Source: an uncultured Clostridiaceae bacterium (lineage in GTDB: Bacteria; Bacillota; Clostridia; TANB77; CAG-465). From it: a stretch of DNA of 31,553 nucleotides. Both the position numbers and the translations under genes were made by a program. The notes beneath the pieces were generated by a model. It did not search any database. It was not told where the DNA came from and saw only the letters and a list, made by a program, of their open reading frames with translations. This document shows, piece by piece, positions 17,428 through 27,360 of the stretch. The DNA is taken from positions 5,441 through 36,993 of the forward strand of contig CAZXLZ010000005.1 in assembly GCA_964642045.1 (NCBI GenBank), given 5' to 3'. The number at the start of each line of letters is the position of its first letter. The first letter of the stretch is position 1.

Positions 17428-17611
17428 TGACGGTAAAATGTCATATTTGTAACTATATGAAGTTAAATGTCGTAATATCATAAATTTTTATTATAAAACT
17501 ATTAATAAATAGAAATAAATGCTATAATAATAACGTATTTGCATATATTTTTATATTAGAAAATTATGTGAAGTTAAATATTGGAAAATGTATAAAATTA
17601 TTTTTAATTTA

Positions 17612-17640
17612 TTGACTTATAGTAGCTAGTATGTTAAAAT
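17612..17640 (+). promoter_or_regulatory. Putative sigma-A promoter of the glycan operon: TTGACT-N17-TAAAAT
   Basis: -35 at 17612-17617 and -10 at 17635-17640, ~100 nt upstream of the first gene of the locus (GTG at 17739). It lies in a 356-bp AT-rich intergenic region. Confidence 0.4.
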
Positions 17641-17738
17641 ATGTTATGTAAATTAAAAATAATTATATCAAGATAGCCTAAAATAAATGCTATTTTTTTA
17701 ATTTATAATATATAAAAATTATACGAGGGGGAATATTA

Positions 17739-18449
17739 GTGGCAAGAACTAATACAGATGTTTTAGATGCAGATATATTAGATATACAAGAGAATAAAAC
17801 ACTGATAAATATAAATAAAAAGGATAGGAAAGTATATAACTTTTTAAAAAGATGTATAGATATAATTGGAGGAATAGTAGGAATAGTATTTCTTATACCA
17901 ATAACAATATTTGTTTATATTCTTAGATTAGTAAAGCATGAAAATGATGGACCTATGTTCTATGAACAGTTAAGAATTGGAAAAAATGGACGTGAATTTA
18001 GAATGTATAAATTTAGAACTATGGTTATGCATGCAGATGAAAGACTGTTTAAATATTTAGAAGAAAATGTAAATGCAAGTAAAGAGTATAAGGAATATAA
18101 AAAATTAAAAAATGATCCTAGAATAACAAAGGTTGGATCTTTTTTAAGAAAAACAAGTTTAGATGAATTCCCACAATTTATAAACGTGTTAAAAGGTCAA
18201 ATGAGTTTAGTTGGACCAAGACCATACCTTTACCGTGAAAGAGATGATATGGGGGAGTCATATAATAATATAATAACATGTAAACCTGGTATTACTGGTT
18301 ACTGGCAAGTTAATGGTAGGAACAATGTAGACTTTGAAGAAAGATTAGAGATGGATAGATATTATATAGAAAATAGAAGTATGATACTGGATATAAAAAT
18401 ACTTTTTAAAACATTATCAAAGATATTTAAGAGAAATGGAGCAATTTAA
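17739..18449 (+). CDS. Small monotopic phosphoglycosyltransferase (bacterial sugar transferase family, PglC / WbaP C-terminal-domain type). This is the initiating undecaprenyl-phosphate sugar-1-phosphate transferase.
   Basis: 236 aa with a single hydrophobic helix. It carries the family signatures KFRTM, DELPQF-like DEFPQFINVLKGQMSLVGPRP and the catalytic region. GTG start with RBS gaggggg 7 nt upstream. Confidence 0.88.
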   Translation: MARTNTDVLDADILDIQENKTLININKKDRKVYNFLKRCIDIIGGIVGIVFLIPITIFVYILRLVKHENDGPMFYEQLRIGKNGREFRMYKFRTMVMHADERLFKYLEENVNASKEYKEYKKLKNDPRITKVGSFLRKTSLDEFPQFINVLKGQMSLVGPRPYLYRERDDMGESYNNIITCKPGITGYWQVNGRNNVDFEERLEMDRYYIENRSMILDIKILFKTLSKIFKRNGAI

Positions 18450-18628
18450 GTTTATATTATTTTATAAAGAGCTAGATTTAAAATTTAGACTCTTTATTAT
18501 TTTATATGTTAAAAGTCAATTTATGTAGTTTGTTCAATTGACATGTATATCAGTTTATGCTAAAATTAAATGTAATGTTGATTGTTATTTAAGTAAAAAG
18601 AGATAGAAAGGGAGTGCATTCTTTTTTT

Positions 18629-19483
18629 ATGAAAAATATGGATATAACTATAATTTGTCCATTATATAATGCTGAAAAATATATAAAACAGCTTGATACA
18701 TCAATAAAAAATCAGAAAAATATTGATATAAAAGAGATAAAATATATACTAACTGAAAGTAATGATAATACAGAAGAAATTTTAATAGATATTAATGCAA
18801 AATATTTAAAAATAAAAAAAGAGGAATTTTCTCATAGTTTATCAAGAGAAAAAGCAGCTATGGAAGCTACTTCTAATGTAGTAGTGTTTATAACTCAAGA
18901 TATTATGCCTGATAATGAAAATTGGTTAAAAAATTTAGTTTATCCAATATTTTCTGGAGAAGTTCATGCTTGTTATAGTAGACAGCTTTGTGATAATGAT
19001 AGTATAGAAAAATATACTAGACAATTCAATTATAAAGATCACTCTTTTATAGTAACTAAAGATGATATAGATAAGATGGGACTTAAGACTTTTTTCTTCT
19101 CTGATGCATCATCTGCAATTGATACAAACATATTTAAAAGTCTAAATGGATATGATGGTAAAAAGCTACCTACTAGTGAGGATATGTACATTGCATATAA
19201 ATTAATTATGTCAGGTTATAAAATAAAATACTGTGCAGATTCTATTATACATCATTCTCATACTTTTACATTTAAGCAGTATTATGATAGATATAAGCTA
19301 ATAGGTATGTTTTTTAAACAAAACCCATATTTAGACAAATATGGTACAAATAAATCTGGTTCATCAATGGCTATTTATATTTTAAAAAGTGCATTAAAGG
19401 ATAAAAATTACAAAGTTTTAGTAAGATTTGTTCCTAATATGATAGCTAGATTTTTTGGAATGAAGGTAGGAAAATTAAAATGA
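18629..19483 (+). CDS. Glycosyltransferase family 2
   Basis: The N-terminus DITIICPLYNAEKYI is the typical GT2 start (xICxYN.E.YI). ~285 aa. The ATG at 18629 follows RBS gggag. The stop overlaps the next start (ATGA). Confidence 0.78.
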   Translation: MKNMDITIICPLYNAEKYIKQLDTSIKNQKNIDIKEIKYILTESNDNTEEILIDINAKYLKIKKEEFSHSLSREKAAMEATSNVVVFITQDIMPDNENWLKNLVYPIFSGEVHACYSRQLCDNDSIEKYTRQFNYKDHSFIVTKDDIDKMGLKTFFFSDASSAIDTNIFKSLNGYDGKKLPTSEDMYIAYKLIMSGYKIKYCADSIIHHSHTFTFKQYYDRYKLIGMFFKQNPYLDKYGTNKSGSSMAIYILKSALKDKNYKVLVRFVPNMIARFFGMKVGKLK

Positions 19484-22044
19484 CAAATATAAAAAAATCT
19501 TTTCAATTTTTGAAGAGTAATTTTTACATATTATTGTTTTTGTTTATAGCATTATTTCCTAAGATAAATGTAGTTAATATCGGCAATAAAACTGTGGGCA
19601 TAAGAATAGAGGATTTTATTATTTTATTTTATTTTATATATTTAGTATATAAATTAATAAAAAATAAAAAAAATATAAATAATTATGAAAAATTAAAGAA
19701 ATTAACTACTATATTTGGAGTATATTTATTTTTCTGTACAATTTCAACAATATATGGATTTTTTAAGGGATATATTTCAATATTATATGGTATTTTATAT
19801 ACAGCAAGGAAATTAGAATATTTTGTTTTTGTATTTATTGGATATGATTATATATACAGTAAAGATGAAGGTAAAGATAAAACTAAGAATACTTTTTTTA
19901 GAGTTATAAATATAACAGTAATTATCCATTTTATAATATGTATGATGCAAGTTTTAGGAATATTTGGATCTATTAATAAAAATGGAGAATTTACAGTTTT
20001 ATTTCAAAGTAGAGTATGTTCCACTTTTAATGGAGCATATGAGATGACAGCATTTTTGCTTATTATTGTGCCAATATATTTATATAACATATTTAAAGAA
20101 AAAAGGAACATTTTACCAAATGTTATATATACGCTTCTAATTAGCATTATGATATTTATATCAGAGTCGAGGACTTCACTTGTAGTACTTTTATTTATAA
20201 TTGTTGCTATGGCAATAGTATATAACAAAAAGTATATAACAAAAATAATTATAGTGATAGAATGTGTTTTCTTAATTTTTGCCTTACTTATACTGATTTT
20301 TGGAATGAATGGAAAAACTGGTATTTCAAGAATAGCTGATATAAATATAAAAGAAATAGTAAATGCAACCAAATATGCTTTTGAAAATAGAAATTTTGAA
20401 TATTATGTTAGTACAGGTAATTGGTTTTATTTGCAAGATTTTTATTACGATAAAGAATTAAAACAAACAATAATGGCAGTTGAATGTGATCCTAGCTATT
20501 TTGTTAGGATTAGCCATTGGTCGCAACTTATTGATGGATTTTTAAAATCTCCTATTATAGGTACAGGGATATCAATCTCTCAATCAGCAGCTGATGGAAA
20601 TTATATAAGAATACTTGCAGAATCTGGTATTATAGGTTTTGCAATATGGATTATATTACAAATATATATATTTAAGTTAATAAAAAATAAAGGGATACTT
20701 AATGCCACAATAAAATTTGGATTAATTACATTATTTTTAGGGGCAATATTTATAGATGTGTTTGAAGCTTCTAAAGTTATGATGATATTTTACTTTGTTT
20801 TAGGATTTGCTATAGCATATGAAAGTAAAGAGGATAAAGATAAAAAGGTAAAGAACGTAGTTGTTATTAATGACTTTAACTATGTTGAAGGAGGAGCATC
20901 AAAAGTTGCTATTGAGACAGCTAAATCTTTGAAAGATGAAGGGAAAAATGTATATTTTTTCTGTGCAGTAAGTAAAGAAGAAGATAAAGTAGATGGAGTA
21001 ACTTATATATCAACTAATCAAAAAGAAGCCCTAAAAACAAAAAATAGATTTATTGGTATAATAAATGGAATATATAATGTAAAAGCAAAATTAATGTTAA
21101 AAAAACTGCTAAATAATTTAGATGATAGAGAAACAGTAATTCATATACATGGTTGGACAAAAGCTCTTTCATCTAGCGTATTTAAATCTGCTTTTGATAG
21201 TTCTATAAAAACGATTGTTACTACGCACGACTATTTTACTGCATGTCCTAATGGTGGATATTTTAATTACAAAAAAAATAAAATATGTGATTTTAAAGGT
21301 CAATCTTTAAAATGTGCTTGCTCAAACTGTGATTCTAGAAACTATATATTTAAAATATATAGGCTTATTAGGCAATTTATACAAAATCAGTTTGTGTGTA
21401 TAAATGATAATATAAAATATGTTATAACTATATCTGATAAAAATACAGATATTTTAAAAAGAACTTTGAATAAAGATGCAGTTATAAGAAAGATTGCAAA
21501 TCCTATAAGTATAGAAGACATAGAATCTAGGATAGAAGTTGAAAATAACAATGAATATATTTATATTGGTAGATTATCAAAAGAAAAAGGTGTAGATATT
21601 TTCTGTGAAACTGTATCTAAATATAATCTTGACTCAGTAGTTATAGGTGATGGATCAGAGTTTGATAGATTAAAAAGTAAATATAAGAATACCACTATTA
21701 AATTTACAGGATGGCTCGATAAAGAGAATATTAGTAAATACTTAATCAAAGCAAGAATGCTAATATTCCCATCACTTTGGTATGAGGGAGCACCACTTAC
21801 ACCACTGGAAGTTATGAACTATGGAATTCCATGTGTTATATCAAATTGTTGTTCTGCAACTGAATATATAGAAAATAAAAATGGAGAAATATTTGACCCA
21901 TACGTAGAAAATGATTTAATAAGTAAAATTGATAAAATAAACAGTGATATAATTGAGTATAGCGTTAACTGTTTTGAATATGTAAATAAATTAAAGAGTA
22001 GAAAATATGTTACTGAACTTATAAAATTTATGGAGGAAAATTGA
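19480..22044 (+). CDS. Fusion protein: N-terminal polytopic O-antigen ligase/polymerase-like (Wzy_C superfamily) membrane domain (~450 aa) plus C-terminal GT4 glycosyltransferase domain (~400 aa)
   Basis: The N-terminal half has ≥10 predicted TM helices and a large loop, typical of the Wzy/WaaL family. The C-terminal half has the GT4 hallmarks GRLSKEKGVD and an EX7E motif (EGAPLTPLE). 854 aa in total. Confidence 0.7.
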   Translation: MTNIKKSFQFLKSNFYILLFLFIALFPKINVVNIGNKTVGIRIEDFIILFYFIYLVYKLIKNKKNINNYEKLKKLTTIFGVYLFFCTISTIYGFFKGYISILYGILYTARKLEYFVFVFIGYDYIYSKDEGKDKTKNTFFRVINITVIIHFIICMMQVLGIFGSINKNGEFTVLFQSRVCSTFNGAYEMTAFLLIIVPIYLYNIFKEKRNILPNVIYTLLISIMIFISESRTSLVVLLFIIVAMAIVYNKKYITKIIIVIECVFLIFALLILIFGMNGKTGISRIADINIKEIVNATKYAFENRNFEYYVSTGNWFYLQDFYYDKELKQTIMAVECDPSYFVRISHWSQLIDGFLKSPIIGTGISISQSAADGNYIRILAESGIIGFAIWIILQIYIFKLIKNKGILNATIKFGLITLFLGAIFIDVFEASKVMMIFYFVLGFAIAYESKEDKDKKVKNVVVINDFNYVEGGASKVAIETAKSLKDEGKNVYFFCAVSKEEDKVDGVTYISTNQKEALKTKNRFIGIINGIYNVKAKLMLKKLLNNLDDRETVIHIHGWTKALSSSVFKSAFDSSIKTIVTTHDYFTACPNGGYFNYKKNKICDFKGQSLKCACSNCDSRNYIFKIYRLIRQFIQNQFVCINDNIKYVITISDKNTDILKRTLNKDAVIRKIANPISIEDIESRIEVENNNEYIYIGRLSKEKGVDIFCETVSKYNLDSVVIGDGSEFDRLKSKYKNTTIKFTGWLDKENISKYLIKARMLIFPSLWYEGAPLTPLEVMNYGIPCVISNCCSATEYIENKNGEIFDPYVENDLISKIDKINSDIIEYSVNCFEYVNKLKSRKYVTELIKFMEEN

Positions 22045-23753
22045 TGAATGCAAAGATAAACTCATTACAAGGATTAAGATTTATAGCATTTTTATTAATA
22101 TTTATATATCATTTAAATGGATATTTTGGACAAACTACATTTAATTTTGCAAGAGTAGCTGTAACATTTTTCTTTGTACTTTCAGGGTTTGTCTCAATGT
22201 TAAAGATAGATAGTCATATAAAAGATATAAAAGGAAATACTTTGAAACAATCTTTCATATATGCAAAGAATAAAATATCAAAGATATATCCTTTATATAT
22301 AATAAGTCTTACTATATTTATTCCACTTAGTGTGAAAAATTTAGTTTTAGAAGAAGGTATGAATTCACTATTATATATTGTCATGCTCGTAATTAATATA
22401 TTCTTACTTGAATCATGGATACCATATAAATTTGATAATATTGCTTATGCAGGATGGTTTTTATCGACTCTTATGTTTTTAAATTTTATTACTATACCTT
22501 TAAGAAAACTAATGTTAAAATTAAATAAGAATGACAATGTTTTAAAAAATTTCATATTAATTATTATATGTATATTTTTTCTATTTTTATATAGCATAAT
22601 AGTTCCAAGAAATAATGATATATACTTTTTTTACTGTTTTCCTTTATATAGGATATTTGAATATTTCCTTGGTATGATACTTGCTTCTATATATATGAAA
22701 ACTAAGGAAAATAAATTATTAAATAATAAAAGTATAATGCTTACTATAATATTTACTATTTTAGAAGTAGTAGTTATTTTTCAAACATATAAAAATTCTT
22801 CTATATATTTGAGTAGAGGTTTTGTTTCTAGTTTATCGGATATAGTTTGCTCTATGTTTTTTATATTTGTTATAATGTACGAAAAGGGAATTATATCAAA
22901 GCTATTAATTCTAAAACCTATGGTATTTATGGGAGATATAAGCGGAGAAATGTATATAATTCATAATATAATGACAGCATACTTTCTAGGTATATTATCT
23001 AGAATCTTACCAAATAATATGTATTTTGCTATTCCTATGTTTATAGCTACATTTATACTCACATCAGTCTTTGCGTATTTTATACATTACAAAAGGTATG
23101 AGAATTTGCAAAAAAAATTAAAGACTAAATTAATACACATAATTGGAAAATATAAGCAGAAAAAGCTAAAATGTAAAGATTTTACTATTATTTCAAATAA
23201 CTGCTTTGCAGGAGTCTTTTATAGAAATAATGCTTTGGAATATAAAAGTCCTACTTGTGGATTATTTATAATGCCAAAAGATTATATAAAATTCATATAC
23301 AACTTAAAGAGTTACTTGAATATAGAATTAAAGGAAATATCTTTAGAAGAGTCTAATTATTCTAGTTACTTAAAAGAAATTAATTATAAAGGCACAATAG
23401 GTAGGTTAGATGATATAGAAATAATGTTTCTTCATTATAAAGACTTTAAAGAAGCAAGTAAAAAGTGGGAAAGAAGAAAGAATAGAATAAATTATGATAA
23501 AATAATATATAAATTTAATGATCAAAATGGATGTACATATGATGATCTTTTAATGTTTTATAACTTTGATGCTAAAAATAAGTTACTTTTTACAGCTAAA
23601 AGATATGATGATTTAGAAAATGCTATTATATTTTCTGAATTTGAAAATGATGGTTATGTACTAAATGATTCGAAAGAAAGTATATATAGTAAATATATAG
23701 ATATGTATCAATATATAAATGAAAGATTTGGAGATACTTATGGAAAAATATAA
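22044..23753 (+). CDS. Fusion protein: N-terminal acyltransferase-3 family membrane O-acyltransferase domain plus C-terminal DUF1919 domain
   Basis: The N-terminal ~350 aa are polytopic, with an acyltransferase_3-type start (LQGLRFIAFLLIFIYH). The C-terminal ~200 aa begin FTIISNNCFAGVFYRNNALEYKSPTCGLFI, the signature start of DUF1919. The ATG at 22044 follows RBS ggagg by 7 nt and overlaps the upstream TGA by 1 nt. The TTG at 22041 used by the ORF track was rejected. Confidence 0.72.
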   Translation: MNAKINSLQGLRFIAFLLIFIYHLNGYFGQTTFNFARVAVTFFFVLSGFVSMLKIDSHIKDIKGNTLKQSFIYAKNKISKIYPLYIISLTIFIPLSVKNLVLEEGMNSLLYIVMLVINIFLLESWIPYKFDNIAYAGWFLSTLMFLNFITIPLRKLMLKLNKNDNVLKNFILIIICIFFLFLYSIIVPRNNDIYFFYCFPLYRIFEYFLGMILASIYMKTKENKLLNNKSIMLTIIFTILEVVVIFQTYKNSSIYLSRGFVSSLSDIVCSMFFIFVIMYEKGIISKLLILKPMVFMGDISGEMYIIHNIMTAYFLGILSRILPNNMYFAIPMFIATFILTSVFAYFIHYKRYENLQKKLKTKLIHIIGKYKQKKLKCKDFTIISNNCFAGVFYRNNALEYKSPTCGLFIMPKDYIKFIYNLKSYLNIELKEISLEESNYSSYLKEINYKGTIGRLDDIEIMFLHYKDFKEASKKWERRKNRINYDKIIYKFNDQNGCTYDDLLMFYNFDAKNKLLFTAKRYDDLENAIIFSEFENDGYVLNDSKESIYSKYIDMYQYINERFGDTYGKI

Positions 23754-24864
23754 AATACTGATTCTTCTTGGAAATTTAAACAGATGTAATGGAATAACTT
23801 CATACGTTATGAATTACTATGAAAAGATAAATAAAGAAAAGTTTTTAATAGATTTTATTATAACTAAAAATGATGTAGATGAAGAATATAGGAAATTAAT
23901 TGAAAGTAATGATTCAAAAATATATTATATAAAAGCTCCTAAATTAAAGACAGCGCTTAAAGATTTAGTACAAATCAAATCTTTTCTAAAGGAAAATTTG
24001 TCAAAATATGATATATTCTACTGTCATTTGATAAATCAGGGCTATTTTTATTTAAAATATGCAAAAAAGATGGGCTTTAAAAATACTATCTTACATAGTC
24101 ATAATATAATTGCAAGAGAAAAGAATATATTAAGGGATTTCAGAAATCAGATTTTTAGAAGACTTATATCTAGGGTATCTAATTACTATTTTGCTTGTTC
24201 TGATATTGCAGGACAGGCAGTAACTAGAAAAGACGGTAAGTATACTATTATAAAAAATGCCATAGACGTGGATAAATATACATTTGATATTGATGCAAGG
24301 CATAAAATAAGACATAAATTAAATATTGATGAAAAATATGTATTTGTACAAGTTGGAAGACTTGCTTATGAGAAAAATCCACAGTTTTCTGTTATGTTAA
24401 TTAATGATATTTTAAAGAAAAATGTAAATGCTATGTTATTGTTTATAGGGGAAGGTCCAGAGGAAGAAAATTTAAAAGCAATGGTTAAAAATGTAAAACT
24501 TGAAGATAAAGTTGTATTCTTAGGTGTAAGAGATGATGTAAATAAAATTATGTCTGCAGCAGATGCATTATTATTTCCAAGTAGATTTGAGGGATTTGGT
24601 TTGGTTGCAATAGAAGCACAAACATCAGGTCTTCCTTGTTATATTTCAGATACTGTTCCTCTTGATACAAAAATTTTAGATACAGCTAAGTATATTTCAA
24701 TAAACAATATAAATGATTGGATAGAAACAATAGAGAAAACTTATGATGTAACAAAAAGAGGAGATTATTCAAACGAAGTAATGAAAAAGGGTTATGATAT
24801 AAATGAAGAAGTAAAAAAATTAGAAGATTCATTCTTAAAAATTGCAAATAATTCATTTTTATGA
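23740..24864 (+). CDS. Glycosyltransferase family 4 (GT-B, retaining)
   Basis: EX7E motif EGFGLVAIE, GT4-typical VGRLAYEKNP and a C-terminal Rossmann domain. The ATG at 23740 has GGAG 9 nt upstream and overlaps the previous gene by 14 nt. Confidence 0.85.
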   Translation: MEKYKILILLGNLNRCNGITSYVMNYYEKINKEKFLIDFIITKNDVDEEYRKLIESNDSKIYYIKAPKLKTALKDLVQIKSFLKENLSKYDIFYCHLINQGYFYLKYAKKMGFKNTILHSHNIIAREKNILRDFRNQIFRRLISRVSNYYFACSDIAGQAVTRKDGKYTIIKNAIDVDKYTFDIDARHKIRHKLNIDEKYVFVQVGRLAYEKNPQFSVMLINDILKKNVNAMLLFIGEGPEEENLKAMVKNVKLEDKVVFLGVRDDVNKIMSAADALLFPSRFEGFGLVAIEAQTSGLPCYISDTVPLDTKILDTAKYISINNINDWIETIEKTYDVTKRGDYSNEVMKKGYDINEEVKKLEDSFLKIANNSFL

Positions 24865-24900
24865 TTTAATTTAGAAGTGCATACTATTTTTGGAGGAGCA

Positions 24901-25875
24901 ATGAAAAAAATTTTAGATATTATAAGAAAATACTATAGATTCTTGAAAAATAACGTTTATTATTTTAATGATACATATTCTCAGTTAAGTGTAGCTAAAA
25001 CAGAAAATGTAACGGACATAAAAGCTTTTGAAAAGGGAAAAACAGGAATAAAAAGAAAAGTAAAAAAAATCATATATGATATAATAGTAGGCAAGAAAGT
25101 AATAGTAGACGATGAAAAATCTAAATTGTTTGATGGTAATATGCTCCTTATACCAACTAATAATTATGGTGTGAAAGTATTTAATCAAAAGGAAGTTTTA
25201 ACAGTATTTGAAAATATAAATGATCTTGAAAAAAACTTAAGCAACAGAAATAAAATGGGATTAATTTTTAATACTCCAAATGTTATAAAAGTAGATAAAG
25301 AAAATATGTATATTATAGAAGAAAGAAAATATAACAAAGATAATTTAGATAAAGAAAAAGTTATTTTGGATATTATGAATTCATATATAAAATATTTATC
25401 ACATGATAAAACAAAATTATCTATAAAGAAAATGAAAGAAAATAGAAATGAAAAATTATATAAAAATTTCTATGAAAGAATAAAGGTATCGAAAGATACT
25501 TATGAATCTATATTACAACACGGCGATTTATGGATAGGTAACATTATAAAAGAAGAAGATAGAAACTATATTATAGATTATGAAGAAGTAGAAGACAATT
25601 ATTTTTTATATGACTTCTTTAAATTTATTTATAGTGAGGCTTATATATTTAATGATTATAGTATGCTAAATAATTACTTTAGAGGTAAATATGATGAAGT
25701 TCTAGATAGGTACTTTAAATCTTTAAATATAGTTTATGATAATATGAATAAAAAAGAATATTTTATGATTTTCTTAAATTTATTTATTCATTATAGGACT
25801 AAGTCATGTAGTAGTTACATATTTAAACTTGAGATTGACCTTGTAAAAAAGGTGTTAAATAATATAGAATTTTGA
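24901..25875 (+). CDS. Putative small-molecule kinase of the APH / choline-ethanolamine kinase (protein-kinase-like) fold
   Basis: Catalytic-loop motif HGDLWIGN (the HGDxxxxN Brenner motif) is followed by IIDYEEV (cf. LIDFEY in choline kinases). ~325 aa. RBS ggaggag directly precedes the ATG at 24901. Confidence 0.5.
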   Translation: MKKILDIIRKYYRFLKNNVYYFNDTYSQLSVAKTENVTDIKAFEKGKTGIKRKVKKIIYDIIVGKKVIVDDEKSKLFDGNMLLIPTNNYGVKVFNQKEVLTVFENINDLEKNLSNRNKMGLIFNTPNVIKVDKENMYIIEERKYNKDNLDKEKVILDIMNSYIKYLSHDKTKLSIKKMKENRNEKLYKNFYERIKVSKDTYESILQHGDLWIGNIIKEEDRNYIIDYEEVEDNYFLYDFFKFIYSEAYIFNDYSMLNNYFRGKYDEVLDRYFKSLNIVYDNMNKKEYFMIFLNLFIHYRTKSCSSYIFKLEIDLVKKVLNNIEF

Positions 25876-25920
25876 AAGGAGAAATTTAATATATCATAAA
25901 GGGGTATGTTAAACTAAAAA

Positions 25921-27360
25921 ATGAGTAAAGATAAAAAAGATGTAGTGATCTATTTTGTTTCTAAGGTAATAATAGGAGTTATAAGTTTAGTTACAGTAAC
26001 TTTATATTCTAGACTTTTAAACCCAGATGAATATGGAGAGTATTCTTTAATAGCTGGACTTGTAAGTGCACTTATTGCTATATTTATAGGTTGGATTGGC
26101 TCTTCAGCTCTTAGATATTATATAGATTATAGTAAAGATAAAAGTGAAAAAACTAGATTTTATTCAAATGTCATAATGTATACTGTTGTTATGATTATAG
26201 CTATGATAGCAATACTTTTTATAATTAGTTTATTATCAAATGTAGTTCCAATAAATAAGTATCTTATAGCAACAATTATATTTACAGTTAGTCTTTCATT
26301 TATGGAAGTATTTGAAAAAATTTTTAGAGCCAGCCAAAAAACTGTTATTTATGCAATAAGTATGGTATTTCAGGTGATTTCAAATATAGTAATATTTTAT
26401 ATATTAGTAAAATTTGAAATTGGTGCAAACTCTGTACTATATTCTACAGCACTTTCTAAAATAATTTTTGTTATAATATCAATTATAACTTTAAAAGTAC
26501 TGTTTCACTTTAATATACTTACTTTTGATAAACAGCTTCTTAAAAGATTTCTTAAATTTGGCATTCCTATGATTGGAGTGTGGGGAATATCTTGGATACT
26601 TAGTTATTGTGATAGATATATTATAGCACTGTTTTATGAAGATTACGATGTTGGAATATATGATATGTCATATAAAATAGCAGAAAACTCAATAAATGTT
26701 ATAATAACATCATTTACTTTAGCAGTATATCCTATACTAATTAAAGTATTTAAAAATGAAGGTAAAGAAAAACTAGAGTTAAAAATAAAAAGTGTTATTA
26801 AGTATTTCTTTATTTTAACAATTCCATCTATTGTTGGACTTAGTCTTATAGTTAATAAATTATATCTTAGTGTTATAGATATGAAATACTATTCTGGAAG
26901 ATATATTATAGCTCTTGTATGTATAGGAATGATGTTTAACGGATTTAATGCAATACTAAATAAAACATGGCAGCTTAAAGAGAAAACCAAAAACATATTT
27001 TATGTTATGCTTGTAACTGTTATAATAAATATAATTTTAAATATGATTTTTATTCCTATGTTTGGAATAATCGCTGCAGCAGTAACAACTTTAGTTTCTT
27101 ATTTTATTTCAAATGTAATTACGTTTATATTTATAAGGAAAGATTTTAGACTTATGATAGATTATAAAAGCTTAATAAAAACTATCATATCATGCACAGT
27201 AATGGCGTCATTCTTAATCTGGTTTAATAGATATGTAAATGGACTTTTAATGATGATTGTAGAAATTATTATTGCTGTTTTAATATATGGATTAATGTCT
27301 ATTATTTTAAAAAATATAAGCGTAAAGGAGGTATTAAACCTAAAAAATGAAAATAAATAA
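25921..27360 (+). CDS. wzx: Wzx-type oligosaccharide flippase (polysaccharide biosynthesis protein, MOP superfamily)
   Basis: 479 aa with ~12-14 hydrophobic helices throughout. The length and profile are typical of Wzx/RfbX in Wzy-dependent glycan loci. Confidence 0.78.
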   Translation: MSKDKKDVVIYFVSKVIIGVISLVTVTLYSRLLNPDEYGEYSLIAGLVSALIAIFIGWIGSSALRYYIDYSKDKSEKTRFYSNVIMYTVVMIIAMIAILFIISLLSNVVPINKYLIATIIFTVSLSFMEVFEKIFRASQKTVIYAISMVFQVISNIVIFYILVKFEIGANSVLYSTALSKIIFVIISIITLKVLFHFNILTFDKQLLKRFLKFGIPMIGVWGISWILSYCDRYIIALFYEDYDVGIYDMSYKIAENSINVIITSFTLAVYPILIKVFKNEGKEKLELKIKSVIKYFFILTIPSIVGLSLIVNKLYLSVIDMKYYSGRYIIALVCIGMMFNGFNAILNKTWQLKEKTKNIFYVMLVTVIINIILNMIFIPMFGIIAAAVTTLVSYFISNVITFIFIRKDFRLMIDYKSLIKTIISCTVMASFLIWFNRYVNGLLMMIVEIIIAVLIYGLMSIILKNISVKEVLNLKNENK

